A stretch of DNA of 11,941 bases from Candidatus Baldrarchaeum yapensis (GTDB lineage Archaea; Asgardarchaeota; Baldrarchaeia; Baldrarchaeales; Baldrarchaeaceae). Below the pieces are notes generated by a model. That model did no database searches, was not told the DNA's origin, and saw only the letters and a list, made by a program, of their open reading frames with translations. This document shows, piece by piece, positions 6,699 through 11,941 of this stretch. Both the position numbers and the translations under genes were made by a program. Within the stretch, counting starts at the first letter, position 1; every line of letters starts with the position of its first letter. The stretch covers positions 1-11,941 of the forward strand of contig JAEOSH010000061.1 of assembly GCA_016840465.1 (NCBI GenBank), written 5' to 3'.

Positions 6699-7793
6699 AT
6701 GTCTAAGTGGTTCAGAGAATCGCCACTCGTGAAGGAAATTCCGAAAATCAGAAAATTCGAGACGAAAGACATAGTAAGGCGCTTGGGTTTCGTTTCTCCC
6801 AGCAGAATTTACCTGAAAAACTACCCTATCAGCACGCCGGTATCGCTGTTCAACGCGGCATTTCATCTGAAAAACGAGGAATTAATTAGAATTTACGGGA
6901 GGATAGTGCTGGGCTACTACATGTACGTGAGTGCAATAATAAAGGTCGATGTTCCGATGGATGATGTTCTGAGCGGTGATGTCAGTATTGCGCCTTACCT
7001 CGGGGAAATAGTCGTGTACCCGACGACGAAGTACGACATATGGGGCGTGGAGGACCCTAGGGTCTACGAAATCGACGGAAAGCTCTACATGACGTACTGT
7101 GGCAGGACGATAAATTATTTCAACCCCGCGATAAGGAAGGAGAGAACGTCCCCCGTCACGGCAGTCGAGGTGAAAAACGGGACATGGGAGAAAATACTTG
7201 TGACCGTGCTCCCCGACGAGTTGAGGGAACACCTGATAAGCGACAAGGACGCCTTCCTCTTCAAAATAAAAGACGAAGTCCTCCTCTTCCACAGACCTCA
7301 CATGGATGATGAGAAATACTACCTTACGCTAAGCCGTATAGACAGCCGGGCGTTCAAGGAGGCATCGGAAAGAAAGGGAAAAGTGACCGAGGTGAAAGCA
7401 ACAAACATAGTTCATGTGATGGAACCCGCGGAGTTCGAAAGTAAAATAGGGTGGGCAACCCCGCCGATAGAGGCAGAGCGCGGGAAATACATAGTTCTGT
7501 TGCATGGGGTGGATAAGGAGATCCAAGGCTATAGGGTTTTCGCGGCCCTCATGGAGTATGATGAAGAATGGGGCATGAGGGTAACAGCGGTCACCCCGTA
7601 CTACATCATGGAACCGAAAATGAGTTATGAAATATTCGGAGACCGGCCCTACGTTGTATTTCCATGCGGCGCGTGGAGGGTCAAAGACAAAATATTGATA
7701 ACGTACGGCGCGGCAGACACGGTGACGGGAATCGGTGAAATAGACATCAACGAACTCATGTCCATTCTAGACAAGGGAAGAATTGAGAAGTAA
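6699..7793 (+). CDS. GH130-family (COG2152/DUF377-like) beta-mannoside phosphorylase or glycosidase, 364 aa
   Basis: FNAA, WGVEDPRV (catalytic Asp), SDKDAFLF, FHRP, KIGWATPP, VVFPCGA and ITYGAADT match the five-bladed beta-propeller GH130 motif series. Confidence 0.85.
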   Translation: MSKWFRESPLVKEIPKIRKFETKDIVRRLGFVSPSRIYLKNYPISTPVSLFNAAFHLKNEELIRIYGRIVLGYYMYVSAIIKVDVPMDDVLSGDVSIAPYLGEIVVYPTTKYDIWGVEDPRVYEIDGKLYMTYCGRTINYFNPAIRKERTSPVTAVEVKNGTWEKILVTVLPDELREHLISDKDAFLFKIKDEVLLFHRPHMDDEKYYLTLSRIDSRAFKEASERKGKVTEVKATNIVHVMEPAEFESKIGWATPPIEAERGKYIVLLHGVDKEIQGYRVFAALMEYDEEWGMRVTAVTPYYIMEPKMSYEIFGDRPYVVFPCGAWRVKDKILITYGAADTVTGIGEIDINELMSILDKGRIEK

Positions 7794-7805
7794 ACGTCTT
7801 AAAGG

Positions 7806-7852
7806 TTCTTTCCTTTCTTTTGACACATCCGCGCGTTCTTTTTATTTTGTTT
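7806..7852 (+). terminator. Oligo(T)-rich archaeal terminator-like tracts after GH130
   Basis: TTCTTTCCTTTCTTTT (7806-7821) and TTCTTTTTATTTTGTTT (7836-7852) lie shortly after the stop at 7793. Confidence 0.5.
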
Positions 7853-7889
7853 ACGACACATTATTAGTTAAGGTTGGGGAGTGTTGACC

Positions 7890-8687
7890 ATGCCATACGC
7901 CAGAGTGCGCGACATAAATATCTTTTACGAGACTCACGGGCAAGGGTTCCCGCTGGTTATGATTATGGGGCTCGGTGCGAACAAGGACTGGTGGCCCCCT
8001 CCCATGATCTCAGAGCTTTCGAAGAAATATAAGCTGATACTATTCGACAACCGCGGGGCTGGGCGAAGCGACAAACCCGATGTCCCCTACACAATACGGA
8101 TGTTCGCAGATGACACGGTGGGTCTGATGGACGCGCTCGGAATAGAAAAGGCCCACATTTTCGGCGTTTCGATGGGCGGAATGATAGCGCAGGAGGTTGC
8201 AATAAATTACCCCGAGAGGGTGGAGAAGCTGATATTGGGATGCACAACGTGCGGCGGGAAGCGCTTTGTCCCTCCCTCGGAGGAGGTGTTGCAGTCGCTC
8301 ATGAAGGTTCCATCGGTGCCGCCCGAGGAGGCCGCGAGGAAGTACATAGTCCCTACACTTTTCACGAAGGAGATAATTGAGAAGAGAAAGGATCTTGTCG
8401 AGTTTTTCGTGAAGGTGTATTGTATAGCGCCTACGCCGGAGCACGCGTACCGGAGGCAGTTGGAGGCAATACTTAGGCATGACACTTGTGACAGGCTTCA
8501 TAAAATAAAGGCACCAACACTGATACTCCACGGGGAGGAAGATGTTCTCCTCCCACCTGAAAATTCGAAGATACTTGCGGAACTCATACCGAACTCGAAA
8601 CTGGTGATATTCAAGGGTACGGGACATGGTTTCATAGCGGAGGCCGTCGACGAGGTCTGTAAGACGATACTGGAGTTTCTGGGCTAG
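7890..8687 (+). CDS. Alpha/beta-fold hydrolase (Abhydrolase_1; enol-lactonase/esterase-like), 265 aa
   Basis: Oxyanion region IMGLG, FDNRGAGRS, nucleophile elbow GVSMGG (8163-8180), HGEEDVLL (Asp), GTGHG (His). ATG 7890 is preferred over GTG 7881 because GGGGAGTG sits 6 nt upstream of it. Confidence 0.92.
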   Translation: MPYARVRDINIFYETHGQGFPLVMIMGLGANKDWWPPPMISELSKKYKLILFDNRGAGRSDKPDVPYTIRMFADDTVGLMDALGIEKAHIFGVSMGGMIAQEVAINYPERVEKLILGCTTCGGKRFVPPSEEVLQSLMKVPSVPPEEAARKYIVPTLFTKEIIEKRKDLVEFFVKVYCIAPTPEHAYRRQLEAILRHDTCDRLHKIKAPTLILHGEEDVLLPPENSKILAELIPNSKLVIFKGTGHGFIAEAVDEVCKTILEFLG

Positions 8688-8692
8688 TGGGG

Positions 8693-8710
8693 AACAAAAT
8701 AAAGGAAGGA
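8693..8710 (-). terminator. T-rich terminator-like tract after the MBL gene, between convergent genes
   Basis: Minus strand reads TCCTTCCTTTATTTTGTT a few nt after the stop at 8717. Confidence 0.4.
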
Positions 8711-8716
8711 GTAGTT

Positions 8717-9640
8717 TTATTTGCTCTCAGCACTTTTTCTTAATTCCATCATTCGTCTCACTATTTCGATGAGATTCGGTAAAGGAGCACCCGGGGGCTC
8801 GCCCCTGAACTCGCTATATGCGCGCTCAACATTTCCAACTATACGCTCCCACTCGGACCAGCTCCTGTACTCGCCCAGATCTATGTCCTTGGCGGCGTCA
8901 AACGCATTCATTCCCTGTTTGAACCTCTTACGGGCCTCATCCCTTACGAATACGAGATAGTCCCTGGCCTTATAGAGGGCATTCCTCTCAGAGATGGGGC
9001 CATGACCCGGTACGTAAATGTCAGCATCAAGGCTTGCAAGCATGTCCAGTGCCTGTATGGAGCCGGAAATCGACCCCATTAGAACGAATGGCGTGCACGG
9101 CTCCGCAAACAGCAGATCACCGCAGAACACTACCTTCTCATCCGGGAGGTAAACGAAAGCATCACCTACCGTGTGAGCAACTCCGGGATGTATTACCCGT
9201 ATCTCCCTATTGTCCTGATATATCCTGAATTCCTTCTCAAAAACCACGTCTTGGGGAGTGACCTTGGCCCCTGTGATGTCGAGCCCGGGAAAGAGCATCT
9301 GGTACATCTTGGGATCCAACTTCATCTCATTTACCGTCATCTCCCGACATCTCACATGACAAATGGAAATGGCTCCCTCGAACATGTAATTCGTCCAGGT
9401 GTGATCCGTATGGTGATGCGTATTTATCAGGAACCTTATAGGCTTGTCCGTGATCTTCCTTATTTCCTCGATGAACCTCGTCGTCATCTTGGAGTTCGCA
9501 AGTGAGTCTATGACTATCGCGTATTCCTTCCCAACGATAAGCCCAGCATTGCTCACAAACCACGTCCCCTTCTCCTGAATATACGCGTAAACGCCATCTG
9601 CAATCTCTATCAGTCCCGTCTTCCAAGATTGCTCCGCCAT
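8717..9640 (-). CDS. Metallo-beta-lactamase-fold hydrolase (cyclase/glyoxalase II-like), 307 aa
   Basis: SNAGLI, VIDS, THHHTDH (HxHxDH, about 9401-9421), HTVGD, FCGDLLF, VPGHG. Confidence 0.92.
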   Translation of the reverse strand: MAEQSWKTGLIEIADGVYAYIQEKGTWFVSNAGLIVGKEYAIVIDSLANSKMTTRFIEEIRKITDKPIRFLINTHHHTDHTWTNYMFEGAISICHVRCREMTVNEMKLDPKMYQMLFPGLDITGAKVTPQDVVFEKEFRIYQDNREIRVIHPGVAHTVGDAFVYLPDEKVVFCGDLLFAEPCTPFVLMGSISGSIQALDMLASLDADIYVPGHGPISERNALYKARDYLVFVRDEARKRFKQGMNAFDAAKDIDLGEYRSWSEWERIVGNVERAYSEFRGEPPGAPLPNLIEIVRRMMELRKSAESK

Positions 9641-9723
9641 GCAATCATCGTCCCATATGGTGTTAATGAACTACCAACGAGCGGGCGTAAAATAATTTCT
9701 CAGAAGAAATCAAGTAACGAAAT

Positions 9724-11001
9724 TCACATTGCAACCCTTGCCCGCACCCCTCTGATCTTCGATGTCAGCAGATGCACCAGAGCCTTCCCAAGCCCTCCGC
9801 TTATCACTCTTAAGAACTTCCAACGTACACCCATGAGGCGTGGGAACAATTTAAACGCCATGTACTGGTTATAGCACTCCGGAATCTCTATAACCCTCCT
9901 CCCGGCAAAGAAGTCCCGAAGTTCCTCCATCGCGCACTTTCCCGCCAGCACCACAGGCTCTACCACGTCGGTTAGTTTATCTTTGGGCACGTCCCCACCG
10001 TAAATGAGCGTGAAGCCCCTCTTTGCCCCGGCTGTTGCATAAACGCCCCTTAACACAGCCTCATAAGCGGGACAGCCTGTAGGGCATATCTTTCCTCCCC
10101 TTATGACCTTCAAGTAATCCGGAAGCTTTATCTCCTCAAATACGTCGAGCCTCCCCTTCTTGACGAATCTCTGAAGATCCCCAATGATCTCTATCTCGTT
10201 GAGATCCGCACATCCCAAGCCTTTCTCATGCGCTAACCACACGTGCTTGACATCCCGTGGCGTGAAACCTAGAAGCTGTGCCGCTACAGCATCTACCGCA
10301 ACAACATCATCTCCCGCGAGCAACACACCGATTGGAAAACTCCATTCTTTCTCTTTAGGTGGCGGGGGAAGCGGTCCTCCGTGCACGGACTCCGTGCAAT
10401 CGACAATCGCAAAATCGGGCTTTATAAATGACAGTATGTCTACCAGCTTCTCATCGATGCGATCATGCGCGTAGATCTTCTCGTCATCGTACACCAACCC
10501 GTGTTGCAACTTTATTCCACACGTGATCTTCGTCAGAACATGAGTCTTCAACCTCGGAAGAACAATATAGGTATTCTTCTCCTTTTCTCTCACAAGTCTC
10601 TCGTACACAATTCTCGGGAACGGAATTTTCCTCAAGACCTCGCCGTTTATATTCACCATGACCGCTGGTTCCTCATCCAGATATAGAGGGGTCGCCCCAT
10701 GCTCCCTTATCATCTTGTCCAGACCCTGAGCCTTGAAAACAAGCCTCGTGAAAAGACCTGCAGATGTGTTCTCCATCACGTAGATTTTCTTCGCTCCCCC
10801 GTCTCTAAGAACGTCGATAACGGCCGCGATAACCTCCGGCGACGTGTTGCTCAAACTCCTATATGGGGCCAGCACATTCACCTTTATGAAAACATCGCCC
10901 TTAATGAACCTCTCGACGCCGCCGAACTCTTCAAAGCACCGCCTAACCGCATCCTTTATGTCCTCATCTATCGGAATAACGGCGACCCTTGCACGCGCCA
11001 T
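9724..11001 (-). CDS. DUF362-domain protein with C-terminal four-Cys putative Fe-S module, 425 aa
   Basis: FIKVN, TSPEVIAAV, MENT, LPRLKTHVLTKITCGIKLQHG, DCTESVHGGP and GDDVVAVDAVAAQLLGF match DUF362. Start moved from 11067 to ATG 11001 (MARARVAVI), which has the SD GGGAGTGA just upstream. Confidence 0.8.
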   Translation of the reverse strand: MARARVAVIPIDEDIKDAVRRCFEEFGGVERFIKGDVFIKVNVLAPYRSLSNTSPEVIAAVIDVLRDGGAKKIYVMENTSAGLFTRLVFKAQGLDKMIREHGATPLYLDEEPAVMVNINGEVLRKIPFPRIVYERLVREKEKNTYIVLPRLKTHVLTKITCGIKLQHGLVYDDEKIYAHDRIDEKLVDILSFIKPDFAIVDCTESVHGGPLPPPPKEKEWSFPIGVLLAGDDVVAVDAVAAQLLGFTPRDVKHVWLAHEKGLGCADLNEIEIIGDLQRFVKKGRLDVFEEIKLPDYLKVIRGGKICPTGCPAYEAVLRGVYATAGAKRGFTLIYGGDVPKDKLTDVVEPVVLAGKCAMEELRDFFAGRRVIEIPECYNQYMAFKLFPRLMGVRWKFLRVISGGLGKALVHLLTSKIRGVRARVAM

Positions 11002-11286
11002 ACCATCACTCCCACATATAGAGTACGTGGACATAAAGCTAAACCTATCCGTAACAACAAGTCCCAAAATGTTAACACTTCTTAAGAAGCATCACTAAAA
11101 CGATTATAACGCCAAATGTGCATGTTGCCGATAGTCGCTGCCGAACTCCTCGAAAAACTGAAGAGACAATCACCATTCAAAATAACAGTCATCTCCGAAG
11201 GGACTTAGAATCGGTACTTAAACCTCACAAGTACAACTATTTCGAGCCCATCAAAAGATTGTCATTCGTCAAGCCCTACACCTCAA

Positions 11287-11941
11287 TCACCCCCGGCCAC
11301 CTACCCGCACGAAGAGGCCAGCCAGCGCCTCGAGCCTCAGCATCCGTCTAACGTTGTGCGCCGCCGCCCTGAAAACAACAAACGATGCCACACTCTCAGG
11401 ATCCCTGTACGGAATCTCCCGAACCCTGTCAAACACCGCCGCACCACGCTTACCGTTCTTCCTTCTGCGATACCTCCGGGCCGAGAAACCCTGGCCGCCC
11501 AGTGGAGAATGCGACACGAAAACACGCGCGACGGCCTAACCTGAAAGTCAACGTCCCTCCGAAACGCCTTCACGCAGTTCTCCCTCACGAAAAACTCGCC
11601 ATCCGCGTAGAGAGTCGAATCACGCGGAAGCACACCCATGGCCTTCGAGATGTCCCGCGACCGCATCGCCCGCGCAAACGCGAACATGTCCACCCCTATG
11701 TCGTAGATTGACTTTATGTCGACAGTCGGTCTCGAAAGCACAGCCCTCCCCCGCACAAACCTCTCCTCGAGATATCCCACAGGAACGGCGGTCCCGTCCA
11801 CAACGAACTCCTCCGCGTCGTCGCACCCCGAGAGGCCCCAGATGAGGAGGCTCCCCCGGCCCTCAACCAGTTCAGGAACTCCAGGACCCACTGCCGAAGG
11901 CGGGGGTTCCTGTAGTGGTAGCGCAGAATTTCCGCGGTCGG
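11287..11941 (-). mobile_element. Degenerate IS4/IS5-superfamily DDE transposase (DDE_Tnp_1-like), 5' part outside the window
   Basis: FVVDGT (D at 11798-11796), LYADGEF (D at 11603-11601), Y-x2-R-x3-[E] motif read as YRRRKNGK, then AAHNVRR. Needs two frame changes (near 11853-11857 and 11486-11488). Spot GC is 39/60 at 11641-11700 versus 23/60 at 11161-11220. Confidence 0.7.

Noticed and set aside
180-10686. Numerous 60-195 aa ORFs antisense or out of frame to the main genes (for example 8040-8627, 2123-2539, 6882-7301)
   Set aside because: Shadow ORFs with no motifs that fully overlap well-supported genes.
11002-11067. N-terminal 22-aa extension of DUF362 in the ORF track
   Set aside because: A better SD precedes ATG 11001, and the extension overlaps the probable promoter region.
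11118-11351. 77-aa plus-strand ORF MHVADSRC...
   Set aside because: No motif, and it runs into the antisense of the transposase; likely spurious.
11887-11912. GGAACCCCCGCCTTCGGCAGTGGG (minus strand), resembling an IS200/IS605 terminal hairpin
   Set aside because: The stem is weak and mismatched, it lies inside the transposase reading frame (RNPRLRQW), and no tnpA/tnpB is seen.
11300-11941. GC-rich stretch initially suggestive of rRNA or another structured RNA
   Set aside because: No rRNA/tRNA signature sequences; the minus strand is explained by transposase coding motifs.
1-11941. CRISPR array, tRNA, intein or Sec/Pyl read-through
   Set aside because: No regularly spaced repeats, cloverleaf, intein splice motifs, or in-frame stop followed by continued homology were seen.

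Overview
Archaeal genomic window (TATA/BRE-like promoters, GGAGG/GGAGTGA Shine-Dalgarno sites, archaea-specific helicase). In order: orphan-looking C5-cytosine DNA methyltransferase (+); fused nucleotidyltransferase-HEPN protein with an extra C-terminal module (+); ASH-Ski2/COG1202-type SF2 helicase (-) with unusual DEIQ and NMAGRAGR motifs; a two-gene ABC-type (AAA_15/AAA_21-like) ATPase plus Toprim-like partner module (-); GH130-family glycoside phosphorylase/hydrolase (+); alpha/beta hydrolase (+); MBL-fold hydrolase (-); DUF362 putative Fe-S protein (-); and a degenerate IS4/IS5-type DDE transposase running off the right edge (-). The most notable hidden signal is in the ATPase partner: the ORF track mis-calls its N-terminus. 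The real start is at 5373, coupled to the ATPase stop, and the gene is broken by a +1 G in a G5 run and probably by two further indels. No rRNA, tRNA or CRISPR array was seen. All family assignments are from motif recognition by eye, not database searches.
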